Shown here: one piece after another, positions 37,700 to 51,330 of the stretch
How the letters are laid out: each line of letters starts with the position of its first letter
Position numbering within the stretch: the stretch's first letter is position 1
Assembly: GCF_018350175.1 (NCBI RefSeq)
Contig: NC_058368.1
Span: 232,316,001 to 232,380,000 of the forward strand
Direction of reading: 5' to 3'
Length of the DNA: 64,000 bases
DNA from: Felis catus
Taxonomy: Eukaryota
The notes under the pieces: generated by a model
Told to the model about the DNA's origin: nothing
Databases searched by the model: none
Seen by the model: only the letters and a program-made list of their open reading frames with translations
Position numbers and translations under genes: made by a program

Positions 37700-40370
37700 A
37701 CTCTAAAATGATGAAGCCAATCTAAAAAAGTACAATTGATCAGGACCAGTCCCACTACTCTATACAGGACCAAAATAAAATTCAAAATTAGACAACACGG
37801 ATTCACAAATTTCAACACCCATTAGCAAAATGCCAAGCATGCAAAAAAGCAAGACAGCATGACTTAGAGCAAGGAGAATGATACATTAATTAACAATCAC
37901 CCTGCAAATTACAGAGATAGGTAATAAAATTAGCAGATAGAAAAGCAAAGCAGCAGCTACAAATAACCCTTGATGCTCAAGAATATAAAGGGAAGCACAT
38001 ACTTGATGAGGAAAGTAATGCAAGCTGTAATTATAAGCATATGAAAAAGAAATGAAACTTCTAGATATGAAAAATACAATACCTGGAATAAAAAATGTGT
38101 CAGAAGAAAAGATTAGTGAATAGAAGGCACCCAGAATGAGGAAAAGAGAGAAACAAGACTAGAAAAATAAACAAAGCATCAGTGGCTTGTGCATCATATC
38201 AAATAGTCTCACTTATACGTAATCATTGTCTGAAAAGAATAGAAGAAGGGGAAGAAAGATATCTGAAGAAATAATGACCAAAAATGTACCACCTTTGAGG
38301 GAAATTACAAACCCACATAGTCGGGAAGATCAACAAACCTCTTGAAGTAGAAAGTTGAAGAAAATGACAAGGAGCATCACAACCAAATTTCTGAAAACCA
38401 TGAATAAAGACAACACCTTAAAAGCACCTAGAGAAAAATAAGACATTCGACAGAGGAAGCAAACTAAGAGAACAGCAGACTTCTGGACAGAAACTGTACG
38501 AACAAGGGGAATGGAGTGGCCCATCTGAACTACTGGTAAGAAATTTCGTCAACTGAAAATTCTAGCATGGGGAAAATAGGTTTTAAAAACAGGCAAAAAA
38601 CCACTTTTTCATGCAAGTGAAAGATGAGGAAATCCCTTGCCAATAAACCTTCACTACAGGAAATGTTAAAGAGAGTTCCTCAAAAAGAAGAAAGGAGGAT
38701 ACCAGCTGGGGGAAATGGTTCTAAACAAAGCAATGTTGAGGGCTGGAAATGATTAATGTATGGATAGTAGGAAAGAGATTTTTCGCATTGGTTGTTTCTC
38801 TAAAAGATAAACGACTGCTTAAAGTAAAACTAGGAACAATGTGTTACATGTTGATTACATGTGTAGAAATAGTATACAGTGCGTGGGGCAGCAGAGTGGA
38901 AGGGAGGAGGGGACATGGAAATGTATTATTTAGGTCCAGAATTAGACTCCTAGTTAAGGTCTTCTATGAAACAAACTTGTGTAGTCCTTTCCAAAAAATG
39001 ACTGAGGGACAATTGGATATATCCGTATAGAAAAATAAGTCACAATACTTAATTATACTTTATAGATAATCCTACTCAAAACATATCAGATCTAAAGGCA
39101 AAAGCTAAAAGTACAGACCTTCTAGGCTAAAATTTTTTGTGGCATTGAATTAGGCAAAAGATTTCTGGGATTAAAAAGCAGAGCCTGTGAAGGAAAACTG
39201 TAATAAATGACACTTTGTCAAACTTTAAAACTTACTATTTAAAACACGGTTAATGAAATGAAAAAGGCAAGCCATATTGTGGAAGAAAAGATGTGCTAAA
39301 AAAAATCTAAGGAGTCACGTGTATCTAGAATATTTAAAGCCAAGATACAACAGCAAATAGGTCACAGAATTTGCACATGCACTTCACAAGAGACATTTTT
39401 TCACAAAAATAGTGGAAAAATAGTCGACCTCTTAGTGACCAGGACATGCAAATTAAGACCACACGGAGATCCTACTGCACAGCCACTGCCATGTCTAAAA
39501 TTTAAAACACTGGAGGGGCGCCTGGGTGGCACAGTCGGTTAAGCGTCCAACTTCAGCCAGGTCACGATCTCGCGGTCCGGGAGTTCGAGCCCCGCGTCAG
39601 GCTCTGGGCTGATGGCTCGGAGCCTGGAGCCTGTTTCCGATTCTGTGTCTTCCTCTCTCTCTGCCATTCCCCCGTTCATGCTCTGTCTCTCTCTGTCCCC
39701 AAAATAAAAATAAACGCTGAAAAAAAAATAAAAAAAAATAAAACACTGGCAATGTGTATTGGTTGGAATGCAGAGCAAGGAGAACTCTTTCATAACTGGT
39801 GAAAACGCAAAATGGAATAGCCATATTGGAAAATAGTTTGGCAGTTATTTTTTATGCAACTAAACATATGTTTATTATGAAGCCCCAAAATCCATCCTAG
39901 ATATTTACTCAAGAACAAATGAGAACATCTGTCGATACAAAGATTTGTGGGCATTTGTTCATAGTAGCAAATCAGTGAAAACAGCCCAAAGGTCCAGCAT
40001 CTAACTAGCAAATGTTAAACAAATTGTGGTATATCTATAAAATGAAATATGGCTCAGGAATAGAAACTACGGATACGTACGACTACATTAAATGAATTTC
40101 AAGAGCATTGTGCTAAGTGAAACAAACAAGACACACACAGGGGCTTTACACGATCTATTATTCCCTTTACATGAAATTCTAGAAAAGGCAAAATAATAGT
40201 GACAGAAAGCAGATTTGGGGTTGCCGGGGGCCTGGGGTTGGGATAGGGAGCACATCACCTCCAAGGAAAATTTCAGGGGTAATAGAAATGACTTTTATGG
40301 TTACATTAATGTATCTATTTGTCAAAGATTATCAAAGTTTACCCTTGAAGTTCGTTTTGTATTATTTATA
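37700..40370 (+). mobile_element. Old degenerate LINE-1 (L1M-type; ORF1-like, ORF2-end and 3' UTR remnants), interrupted by a Can-SINE
   Basis: A-rich + strand with L1-like text: gaagaaaagattagtgaa, acagcagacttct, cactacaggaaatgttaaa, atgcaaattaagaccac, ggaaaatagtttggcagtt, catgaaattctagaaaaggcaaa. Confidence 0.75.
39515..39740 (+). mobile_element. Young felid Can-SINE nested in L1, with TSD
   Basis: Near-consensus body; TSD taaaacactgg at 39503-39513 and 39739-39749. Confidence 0.95.
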
Positions 40371-41304
40371 TATCTCAGTATTGCTGCTGGGAAAAAAAAT
40401 ATTAGTCCAGAACTGATAAAATGTTGTGGGCCAGGCAGAGATAAATGTAAAACTTTCTCACTACAAGGTTTGCACAACTAGAGACGAAGTGTTATCTCCC
40501 TGAAACGGCTCCCCCCCAACCCATAAGGTAAAGCAAGAACATAAGCACACAGAGCACAACCCTCCATGAGGAATGCGGCCTTCGGTTGGTGAACATTTGG
40601 GTTATTTCTAGTTTGCAGCTATTTTAAATCTCAAGGAAGGATTTAAAAAGAAGTATACTTAATATACTCGAAAAGTTAATAGATAGGGTAGAATCTGTAA
40701 GTCAAGAATGGAGGGAAATTCAGAGAAATCATCACAAAAATCTGTAATTTGGGGGGAAAAATCTCAAAGGGTAAATGGTAAATTGGATATTACTGGCAGG
40801 AAGTCTGTAATTAGAGGATAGAACTGAGGACATACAGCAAACAGAACGAGAGTTAATGAGAGTTAGGAGTCATCACATAAGGATAGAGAGGATTTAATGT
40901 TCACCTAAGGCTGAAGATGGGAATGGAGAAAGACAGTAAGAGATCTCTTTTAGCGAGATCTAAAAACCCTGTCGGGTACCAGCTTATACTATCTTGCCTA
41001 GATTGCTTACGGTTAATAAAAATGAAACCATTAGACGTTTGGAAAAAATAGAGAAGAAAAGATTTAGGGGCAAAAAATCCAAGACCTGTCTTAATGTCCC
41101 CGTATATTCTAGAAATCAACCAAACAAATGGCAAATTCTTCGAACAGTAATTTGTCAAACAGGGATTACTGTCTGTCCATCAAAGACTGCCATTCCCCAA
41201 CCATAGTCATCCCCAGACAGTGGCTACCCAGGGAGGGGCCTTATTTCCCTATCCTAGTGCCTTTAAATGGCCAGGAACGTGAACATTGGAAAATGGTAGG
41301 TGTT

Positions 41305-41533
41305 GGGCTCCTGGGTGGCTCAGTCGGGTGAACGTCCCACTTCGGCTCAGGTCATGATCTCACAGTTCGTGGGTTTGAGCCCGATGTCGGGCTCCGTGCT
41401 GACAGCTCGGAGCCTAAAACCTGCTTCGGATTCTGTGTCTCCCTCTCTGTCTGCCCCTCCCCTGCTCGTGCTTCGTTTCTCTCTCTCTCTCGAAAGTAAA
41501 TAAACATTAACAAATTCTAAAAAGAAAAGAAAA
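41305..41533 (+). mobile_element. Can-SINE
   Basis: gggctcctgggtggctcagtcgg head, CT tract and A-rich tail. Confidence 0.92.
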
Positions 41534-42347
41534 TGATTATGTGTCTCTACTGCTATGAGTCTCTCCCAGCCTCTCTCATGTACCAGTTGAAGGTACGCTG
41601 TGAGTCCTTAGAAGGCCACATGTTGGCTGAGGCATTGGTGTTGCCACCAGGAGCCCTAAAAGACCCAGCATGACCAGTTTGAGGGTCATTCGTGTTGTTG
41701 ACATATCAACGGTTCCTTTCCCACCCCCACAGCCCAACACCCGCGTGTTTACCTGGAAGGGTATATGTGCACAACAACTAAACTTTCGTGGTGTTTGAAC
41801 CATCGTGCAGTGTGAGGTCTATTTGTTAAACAAATCAGCTTACCCTAAATGTGACCAAAGCATCATTTAATGTTTCTATAGTTCTGTAGAAACATGTTTT
41901 TTTAAAAAAAGAAGCATGGTCTCTCTATTAGGAATTTACCCCTCTGAACTTCTTAGAAGATAATTGTAGCCTTTTGCAAGGCTGTTGTTTGCTCAGTAAG
42001 TTCTGCCTGCTGTATCAACAGGGATAAATGAGGGGGAAAATGGCTCCAATTCAGAAACAGAACTTGATCTTGTGCATTGTATGTTTTTCCCAATGTTTGC
42101 CCAAAGTAATCAGAGTACCTTATTAGAAAAAGAAAAAATGTTGTTATTTTCTTGAAGGCACTGAGATTTTACGTTATGGTTTTGAAATGCCCAAGGTCAC
42201 AGAACCTATTCCACTACCTAGAATGTCAAACACCTGTGAAAGATCACTGCTGGGCTCATGGGAATTATGAATTGATGAGAAATGGAATAGAGGAATTTCA
42301 GCATCTACTAAGAAGATACTTCAAGGACTTTTAGGAGAAAAAATATA

Positions 42348-42559
42348 TTTTTTAATGTTTGTTTTTGAGAGAGAGAGCGAGAGAGCGAGCGAGCTTGCGT
42401 GGAGAGGGGAATACAGAGAGGAAGAAAGAGAGAATCCCAAGCAGGCTGCCCCAGCAGAGCAGAACCCAATGTGGGGCTCGAACCCACGAACCTGTGAGAT
42501 CATGACCTGAACCGAAGTGAAGAGTTGGGAGCTCAACTGACCGAGCCACCCAGGAGCCC
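42348..42559 (-). mobile_element. Can-SINE, older subfamily
   Basis: Reverse copy flanked by an aggagaaaaa direct repeat (42333 and 42562). Confidence 0.9.
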
Positions 42560-43579
42560 AAAGGAGAAAAATCTTCTAAAGATTGAAGCCGTGAGTTGAG
42601 GTTTCAGGAACATTAATTACCAACTCTCACAGAAGCTGCTAGATCTCGCCACGTTTCTGCTTGCCACTGACTGCAAAGCCGCCGTGGCATCCACCTGCTT
42701 GTCTCACTGCGTTTCTCCAACGTGGACAAGATAGAAATGATGTTGAGTCACTGATGTAGGAGATGAGAAGGTGCGGGTGCCTCCACGTGGAAATATACTA
42801 AAATAACAACAAACGTCGGTCATTTTGTGGCATTCACGCAGTAGAGTTATGTGAAAATGTTGGATTACAGGACATACGAATATCCTGAAAAGTAAATGTA
42901 GGAGAGGGTCATTCTGAAGAAAGATCTTTGGACTAGCCACCAGCAGATTCAGCCCCAGTCCATCATCAACGGGTGCGGTATGGGAAGGCAAAATGGAACA
43001 GCTTCTGGGGAGAGTGATTTATCATTTTCTTATAATTTCTCATTACGTGTACATTTTCCATTTGAGCCAGAGACCGCATTCCCAGAGAAATGAAGGTTGA
43101 CGTGCACACAAGTACCCGTGCACGAATGTTTGCAGCACTGGCGTCTGAAATGTTTCTGCTCTTCTTGGCAAGTGGTCTTTTCCCTCCTGCAACTCGAGTG
43201 CTGTCTCTACTCCAGACAGGAAGCGGTGAGGGGGTGAGGATGAAAAGATTCCTGAGAACCACCGCCGCACTGCCTCGTCGTCCCCTGTGGTGAAACGTCC
43301 AGGTGCGAGAGAGGTTGGAGAATGTCTCTACCTGGCACCTTGCAATTCCAAACAAAGGAAGGATTCTTTGGGGGAATAAACCTGCCATCCAGAGGTGATT
43401 GCTGACATGTAATGCTCATTTTATTAGGAGTCAACAAATATTTTTATAAATATGGATACGAGTACTTTTCACATCCACTTTTCTTCTCTGAACATTGAGC
43501 GTGAATATGGCCCAGGCAGCAAGCTGTTTGCATCTCCATCATGGTAATTGGCTTCCAGTTCCCCTGTCAGAAATGTAGG

Positions 43580-44010
43580 ATCTCTGTTTGGGGGAATTTA
43601 GGCGGTGTCCAAGTGTTGTTAGAAACCAGGCTGTGATGAGTATCTTTGTAAGTATGGCTGAAGATATTTCTTGTAAATGAAGTTACTGGGTCAGAGTTAG
43701 GCACGTATTGAAGGCTTCTGATTTGCTTGCTGAATTGCCCTTTACATTTTTTTTAATGTTTATTTATTTTTGACAGAGAGACAGACAGACAGAGCATGAG
43801 CGGGGGAGGGGCAGAGAGAGAGGGAGACACAGAATCTGAAACAGGCTCCGGGCTCTGAGCGGTCCGCACAGAGCCCGACGCGGGGCTCGAACTCACAGAC
43901 CGCGAGATCATGACCTGAGCCGAAGTGGGACGCTCAACTGACCGAGCCACCCAGGCGCCCCGCTAAATTGCCCTGTAGAAAAGTTACCCTGATTTATATT
44001 TCCATCCTGT
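43580..44010 (-). mobile_element. Old L1 fragment split by a Can-SINE
   Basis: gctgtgatgagtatctttgta...gttactgggtcagag...aattgccct...gatttatatttccatc resembles the antisense L1ME 3' region. Confidence 0.5.
43747..43961 (-). mobile_element. Can-SINE with diverged TSD
   Basis: Full-length reverse copy; flanks gctgaattgccct and gctaaattgccct. Confidence 0.94.
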
Positions 44011-45149
44011 TTCCAAGTACCTTCACTAGTGCTGGGGTGGGGGGATCATTTAAAGCAAATCTCCTTGGTGAAATCCTTCTAAAATTGTGGGGGCCGCTAA
44101 AAAGAAACAGATACTTAAATGGGAGAAGCTGAGGCCCAATGCATGACTGGGTGTAAACCATCTCGATTGAAAGAGTACAGGCACCGCTCGTGGGGCAGTG
44201 CAAGCAGATGGAATATTTATCTAGTTGGCAGGCTTTGAATTGCAGAATCCCTGCTATATTAGTGATGGTGCATCACTCCTTTGCTCCAAAGACCCTTCCC
44301 ATCCCGGTGATTTCTCCTCCAAGGACTTCCACGTGTCCCCCCAAATAAATGAGCCTATCCCTTTGTCCTCCTCTCAGGACAACCCCCCGCTGTCCTATGC
44401 TCTCTTCCTGCAAAGCCCCCGGAGGACCGTCCTTGCGGTCTGTCTCCATCTCATGAGAACACTGAAGATTCCCAGCAGGTCTCAGAGCTGTAGGAGCTCC
44501 AGGCTGCAGTCTGCGGCAGGGCAGGGGCTGGGAGGGGCGAGGGGCCTCTTCTGTCCTGGCGCTTCACTCTGCAACTCTGGGCAGAAGGTTAGCTGCTCGG
44601 CAGCCCGAGTAAGAGAATCCTTCAGACACGTCAGCGATCTGGAGCATCTGAAGCTGTCTTGTTTGTAGGCTTAAACCAGCAGAGGAGACCCCAGGGTGAG
44701 CAGATGTCCCTCACTCCTCAGAGTTCTCTTCCCATTTTATTTCTCCCTCGTCAGAACCACCCCCCCTCCTATTTTTCCACATCGAGCACCATGAATGCAA
44801 ATGGAAAAGAAAGGATCCTACTGAGGGCTCGCGTGGGCCACTGATGCTCCAGAACACCTGGAGCCAAGTGCACTCTCATGCGTAGCTGCCCGCAGCCGGA
44901 TTTCTCTTCTGGCTTGCAAATTCCTCAGATGCCCTCGGCAAGTGCTCTCTCCCAGGATTCGCCTGGCAAAGGAGCAAAGTAAACTATGGTGAACCCACGA
45001 TAAATGGAGTAGGTTTTAAATGAAAGAAGAGACGTGACTAGTGTTGTCCTTTCACTTTGGAGCTACCTGGAGGTATAAGAAAGGCCACTGCGTAGCAGGG
45101 AGCCACGGTGAGGCACACAGTGCAGCAGAACCGTTAGAAGATGGAGCTG

Positions 45150-45357
45150 CCCTCTTTTACTTTTTCTTTCTTTTTTTCCTCTTTTTCTCCTTTCCTTCCT
45201 TCCTTCTCTCCTTCCTTCCTTCCTCCTTTCCTTCCTTCTCTCCTTCCTTCCTTCTCTCCTTCCTTCCTTCTCTCCTTCCTTCCTTCTCTCCTTCCTTCCT
45301 TCTCTCCTTCCTTCTTTCCTTCCTTCCTTCCCTCCTCCCTTCCTTCCTCCCTTCCTA
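45150..45357. repeat. Long polypyrimidine (TTCC/CTCT) compound microsatellite
   Basis: About 200 bp of almost pure C/T. Confidence 0.95.
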
Positions 45358-46325
45358 TTTTTACCATCTCTATAATTTTGACAAATTTTCCTAACACCTA
45401 AAATTTTTCAGATTTTCCTTATTGAAAGGGATAAAACTATAAGCTGCATCATAACATCTTTTGGGAGGATTCAATGAGCTAATGCCTGTAAACCTCCAAG
45501 AAGAGTTTGACACCTAGAAATGCTCAGTTACTATTAGAAGTTATTATTTTTAGCTGATTCATTATTGAAAAAAAAAACCAGTAAAACCCCAATCTTTCTA
45601 GCCCCTCTGTTTCCTGGCTCATTTAGCACATGCCTCAGACCTTCTCACACTGGGTCCCCAAACTTTCCTCTCCTAAGGTCCCTGTGTCCTTCCAAACCCA
45701 GGTGGACAATCCCCACTGTTTCTTCAACAGTTGCCTCCAAGCTCAGGCTTGCTCCCCTCTTTTCACCTCCTTCCTCCCTTCTATAGGGAGGCTGTGGATG
45801 GAGCCCCCTCTCTTTGGACTGTTTTGGGATATTAGCCCAGGTGGATTAGCCCAGGTGTGAACATCTACCTGCCTTGGCTGTTAAGTGGACTGGGTATAAA
45901 AGGAGCAGAACCAGAGCTGAGTAGCATTTTCCCATCACCTGGGGGCGCTGCCCTTTGGCTTCTGCGTGTTGTCATCTTGCAGGAAAACAGACCAGTATCG
46001 CCAGACAACTATCACATGACATTTATTTGCAAAGAGCCTGGGATTCCTGATTTTTTAGTATGAACTGATTTAAAATTTTGAAAAAAAAAAAAAAGATAAA
46101 AATCACTCACGGGAAAGAGAACATCTCTACATGTCTTCAGTGCTGAAATGGCTGGTGGGACACTAGTTTTCAATCTCTGGCCTAGAGTTGGACCCAAGGA
46201 AACCAATACACCAGATGTTACTCCTGTCTTGTCCTGTATCTAGTACTTGAAGTTTCTGATCCCTTGGAACTGTTACTTTTTTATGTATGTATGTATGTAT
46301 GTATGTATTTATTTTAAACAAAGAT

Positions 46326-46524
46326 TTTTTTTAATTTATTTTGAGACAGAGATAGCATCAGTAGGGGAGGCACAGAGAGAGAGAGAAGAGAGAGAATCCC
46401 AAGCAGGTTCTGTGCTGCCAGCACAGAGCCCTGTGCAGGACTCGCACCCACGAGGCCATGAGATCATGACCTGAGCCACAGCCACGAGTCCGACGCTTAA
46501 CCAGATGAGCCACCCAGGAGCCCC
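46326..46524 (-). mobile_element. Can-SINE, older subfamily, with adjacent (TATG)n at 46282-46306
   Basis: Reverse copy ending gagccacccaggagcccc. Confidence 0.9.
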
Positions 46525-46879
46525 AGTTTTCTTATCTTTAAAATGGGAATCATTTCTAGTTCCTGGCTTGTAAGAGTAGGAAATGAGGTTACGTAACAGG
46601 AGAGCATTTGCTAAAGACTTCCAAGTTTGTTTGTAGCATGAAAATGTACTCTCCTGACCTATCTTCCACTTGGCTGACAAAGACCCTCATTTGTGATTTT
46701 TTTTTCCTTTCTGTGAGAAATACTAGAGACTCTTAAAATGTGAAAGTTTGAGAAGCTTTATTGCCAGCCTGAAGCTATATCTCCACTTTAGCATTTAACA
46801 AACGGAGACAATAAATGTTATATATGTGCATGGTAAATAAAATGGAATTGGGAATTACACAGTACCAGGCGATACGTTG

Positions 46880-47085
46880 TTTGTCAATATTAACTCACAT
46901 ATGCTAATTTAATTCTTACATCACGCTTACGGAGGCATGTCTCATTACAATCCTCACTTTCAGATGAAAAACATTGAAGCTCCAAGACGTTAAATAACTT
47001 TCCGGAAGTCACATGGTTAGTAAGTGAGGCGACCAGGATCTGTACCCAGGCAGACCTGCCCCACAGTCGGTTCCTAGCCACAGCA
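46880..47085 (-). mobile_element. MIR
   Basis: ctcactttcagatgaaaaacattgaagctcc...gttaaataactt...aagtcacatggttagtaagtg...acccaggcag. Confidence 0.75.
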
Positions 47086-48154
47086 CTCTGATCCTTGTAA
47101 GTGAGATGTTTTTGTTCGTTCCTTGGCATTAATTACATTGCACTCCTACCCAGTTGCAGAGTGGGTTTCCTGACCAGGCAGCTGGAGTGGGTCCTGATTA
47201 GGACCAACGTTCATGGTCACCCATTCATTCCTCTTGCTGGGTATCGATTCAGGCTGGGCCAAGCCAATGTGGGTCATTGTGATGGAATTCACTGATTATG
47301 TGCAGTTTCTCATCTCAAAAAATGGAATTAATAGTTGCATCTATTGGATAGGGTGGCTGATGAGCATTAGATGAGTTAATTGGAAAAAAGAAGCTGGCTC
47401 TAGATAAATGTAAGCTATTATTTCATCTGCAAATTAAATAGCCGTTGGCAGTTACATCAGACTGAGCTTCATGCTATGTCTGTTTGGAAGAAATATGTTG
47501 ATAAAAAAGCCACTTCAAGTAGCCGGTGGCACTCTGGAAACATGCTCGGGTAGGGGAATAAAAGAGAGAGGGCTTCAGAATTCTCTGGGAGAAACCCACG
47601 AAGGAACAGAGGAGCCCTGAGGCCCAGGAGTAGGAGACCCCAGCTTAGCTGGAAAAACGACTAGAGTTGAGTGTGCAGACAATGGACTTGGATCCTTCAA
47701 TCGTTCACTTAGGGCATTTGCTTGAAAATTCCCTTAATGTTAGTTTGATTCGAAGAGACTGGTCAAAAATGAATCTGATGACCATTGAAGGAGTATACTC
47801 TGTATTTAGTGATGAGTCGGGGTGGGGGGGGGCACAGCACCAGACCAGGATCAAAGGACAAACAGAGTCTTGGACTGGACTTAGGAGAAAATAGGAATCT
47901 TGGAGCTTCTTCATCATGGATAAATTTTATGAGGATATTCTCTCTGATTGAGGATGTGTAATAGTAATGGATGACAGGGAAACACAATATTCTGAAAGCC
48001 CTGTGAAACAGATCTTAGGAAAAAACTGTGATTGTCACCTGAAGTAAACACAGCGCTAGTCACATATCTGGAAGAACCAAGTTCCACGATGTGCATTTTT
48101 TTCCCATTTAATGAGAAATTCTTTTATAAAATTAATATTGAAAACTATGATTAT

Positions 48155-48290
48155 GCCAGGGTCTCAGTTGGTGGAGCATGCAGCTCTTGGTCTCAGGGTT
48201 GTGAGTTCAAGTCCCACACTGAGCGTAGAGCCTACCTAAACAACAACAACAATAACAAAAAACTAACAAACCCAAAAAACAACCGAAAAA
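48155..48290 (+). mobile_element. Short, old Can-SINE-type fragment (tRNA-like head)
   Basis: ctcagttggtggagcatgc...ctcttggtctcagggttgtgagttcaagtcccacactgagcgtagag followed by an A/C-rich tail. Confidence 0.7.
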
Positions 48291-48547
48291 TGGTTATGCC
48301 AATAGATTATACATTTGTTCAATCAACAAATATTCATCGTACACCCTTGACACCAGGTATTCTGCCAGATGTTAGGAAGACACGGATAATGAGATAGTGT
48401 TCTGTTCACGGTGACTCACACTGAGCAAGAGAGAAACAACACAGTGTGGTCAGTACAAAGGCTGGGAGAGCAGCTGGTCTTTCAGAGAAGACAGCCTCAG
48501 TGGAAAGGCGGCTTTCTTGCTGTCCCTTTAAGCATAGCAAAGCTAGT

Positions 48548-48983
48548 GTGCTGGGAATCCCCCATATGCTCCCCCAAACCTGGTTTCCCCACTGTGCTTT
48601 GCCTTCTTGGGCTGACGTTTATGGACTATTTCAATGGGCTCCCTTGTCCTCAAGCTCCCAACTGAACTTGTGCAATGGAGCAAATGATAATCTGGGAGAA
48701 GATTTGAATGTTTGCTCCTAGGGTTCCCTACCTGCCAGTCCCTGTGGAGACAATGACTTTGATCCTTCACCGAAGGTCACTGCTTCATTTAGGTGTCCCT
48801 CTTTAAGTTCTGGAAGCAGCTTTCTCCCCATGGCTAATAACTATGTCTGGTCTTAGGTCCTTGCAGTTGTTAAACTCAGGGGGCTAAAGCATCTCTTTTG
48901 GCTTTACTTAACCTTGCACACATCGTTATAAATATCCCATCTCATTGTGATATCTGATTCATCTCAGGACACCAACTGATACA
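48548..48983 (-). mobile_element. ERVL-type solo LTR (LTR33-like), degenerate
   Basis: ggctgacgtttatggactatttcaatgggctcccttg and terminal caggacaccaactgataca resemble the recalled LTR33 reverse complement. Confidence 0.55.
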
Positions 48984-50413
48984 GAAAGTACACACCATCT
49001 TTCTGAAATACACAACTTACACACAATGGTAATTTGTTTATTTCCTCAGAAAGATGTGTCCTCTGTTTCTATCAATTTTAAAGGCTCTATCATGCATAGT
49101 CTTGTACTCAATGTCAACCAGGACTTGGGGTCTCAAAGAAGGCCAACCTGCAATAAACAAGGAATATGTAGTATCTTTGTATTTCCATTCAAGCTGCATA
49201 TTTCCTATTCCATCTACAGTTTTAGGAATAGCTTATGCTCTAGTTTTAATTGGGCAAACTCTTATGATAGAGTTTGGAGGGAAAAACTATACTGAAGCAT
49301 ATTCTCTAAGGAGTAATGCAATTTAAAAGGAAGAATGTTAACCAGGATTTAAGGAAACCTTTGAAATTATTAAATGTATTTACTATCTCTTAAATTATGC
49401 CAATACAGAGAGAGCCGACTCATTGGTTCCCGTATCACATAATCAGTAATTATGAATCACTTAGAGATCAGGGGAAAATGGCTGGTATTAAAACTTAAAT
49501 TACATTTGAATAACATTTAAGGAAATGTTTTATGACTATATTACTTTTAACTTACAAGAAATAGCATATTAATGGGTCTTCATTTGTGCATCATGTGAAT
49601 GATTCTCCATTCTTACCCCACCATGGGAAGAATCAAGTGTTTTGTACTTTGTTATTATAAGATCATCTCTTCTTTTGCTTTTGGTGTTTCACATTTTATA
49701 GAAGCAGGTATGAGTCTATAAACAACAAATGGATTAAGGTCCAGGAGTATTTAACACAAGTTACTAGATGATCCTCTGTTGCTCCCTTGATACCTTTCCT
49801 TCAAAAGGAGTCTAAATGCCATATGTTTTTTTCTGTTCTGTAAGAGTTTGAATGAGTTACCTGTCTATAATTTGCGTGTTGGGAAAATGGAGGGGAAGGC
49901 AAGGTGTTGTGTGTTCTCAGATCTAAAATGCAGTGGTTATTCTAGGAAAAAAATATCTGGGACATATGATATCATATAATATATAATCATCTTCTTGCAT
50001 GTTAAGGTTTACTATTTGCCTTTCCCTCATGTAAACTCAGGCCAAGCTGTAAAGGAAGACAGATAAGCTCTGAGCTCACAAAGCTCAGGTGTAGAAAGTA
50101 GTGTAAGAGAAGACCTCAAAAAGGACTAAGGGTGGTCAGCATGTTAACCTGAAATACCCTAAAGGTAGGGCTGTTCTGAGAAATGTCTGCTTTCTTGTTT
50201 CCCTTAACAGAAATCCAGGCAAGTGCTTCTGAACCTTCTATAATAAAATCATTACCTTTTTATTGCTTTTTCCCCCTTCCCTTAAATAAGAGAATGGTTT
50301 TTCCTTGGGGAAATTCGAAACATTCGAGAGATCTATCCACCAGTTTGTAGACATGTTCTCTACCATTCCTTGTCTCGCATTAACTGTCTGCACATTTAAA
50401 AGAAGGCAGGAGT

Positions 50414-50661
50414 GGGGCGCCTGGGTGGCGCAGTCGGTTAAGCGTCCGACTTCAGCCAGGTCACGATCTTGCGGTCCCTGAGTTCGAGCCCCGCGTCAGG
50501 CTCTGGGCTGATGGCTCAGAGCCTGAAGCCTGTTTCCGATTCTGTGTCTCCCTCTCTCTCTGCCCCTCCCCCGTTCATGCTCTGTCTCTCTCTGTCCCAA
50601 AAATAAATAAATGTTGAAAAAAAATTAAAAAAAAAAAAAAAAAAAAAAATAGAAAATAAAA
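50414..50661 (+). mobile_element. Young felid Can-SINE with long poly(A) tail and TSD
   Basis: Near-consensus body; TSD taaaagaaggcaggag at 50397-50412 and 50662-50677. Confidence 0.96.
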
Positions 50662-51126
50662 TAAAAGAAGGCAGGAGCGCAACATCCTCCGTATAAAAAG
50701 CTAAATCAATCTATGAGATCTTTAAATGAGATTGACAAAGAAAGAGGGCCACATTCAATGAAGTCAAACTTTTACGTTCTGAAGTCAAAGAAAACTACGC
50801 TTGTGGGAACAATCACTCCAGGTAGAGCAAGGAGTTAATCTCCTATAGGATTCTGAGAAGAGTGTCAGTTAAGAGATTGGTAGCCTTTGAAAGGTGGAGC
50901 CCAAAGCCATTTATTTGGTTTTGTGATCCCGGTAATTCGTGTTACTTAGTGGTGTGTATATGGTGCTGACAAAGGGCTTTCACGAGGGTGGCTCCTGACC
51001 GATTTGTGCTGCCAGTTGGTGGACTTTCAGAAATGTGTCCTGTGCCTGGTTGACTGGCTTTAAAAAGTGACGTCATGACCCTGAGTTGGCACTGACCCTG
51101 AGATGCATGTGAAACTGGTTCTGGTG

Positions 51127-51330
51127 GGGGCACTTGGGTGGCTCAGTCAGTTAAGCGACTGATTTCGGCTCAGGTCACGATCTCATGGTTTGTGGGATGG
51201 AGCCCCGTGTTGGGCTCTGCACTGAGCATGGAAGGTGCTTGGGATTCTCTCGCTCTCTCCCTCCCCTATGCTATCTCTCTGTCTCTCTCAAAATAAATGC
51301 ATAAACTTAAAAAAAAAAACTAAAAAAGTT
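51127..51330 (+). mobile_element. Can-SINE, older subfamily
   Basis: ggggcacttgggtggctcagtcagtt head, gcttgggattctctc, and A tail. Confidence 0.9.

Noticed and set aside
48155..48240. tRNA-like A/B-box sequence
   Set aside because: It is a tRNA-derived SINE head with an A-rich tail, and no intact cloverleaf is visible.
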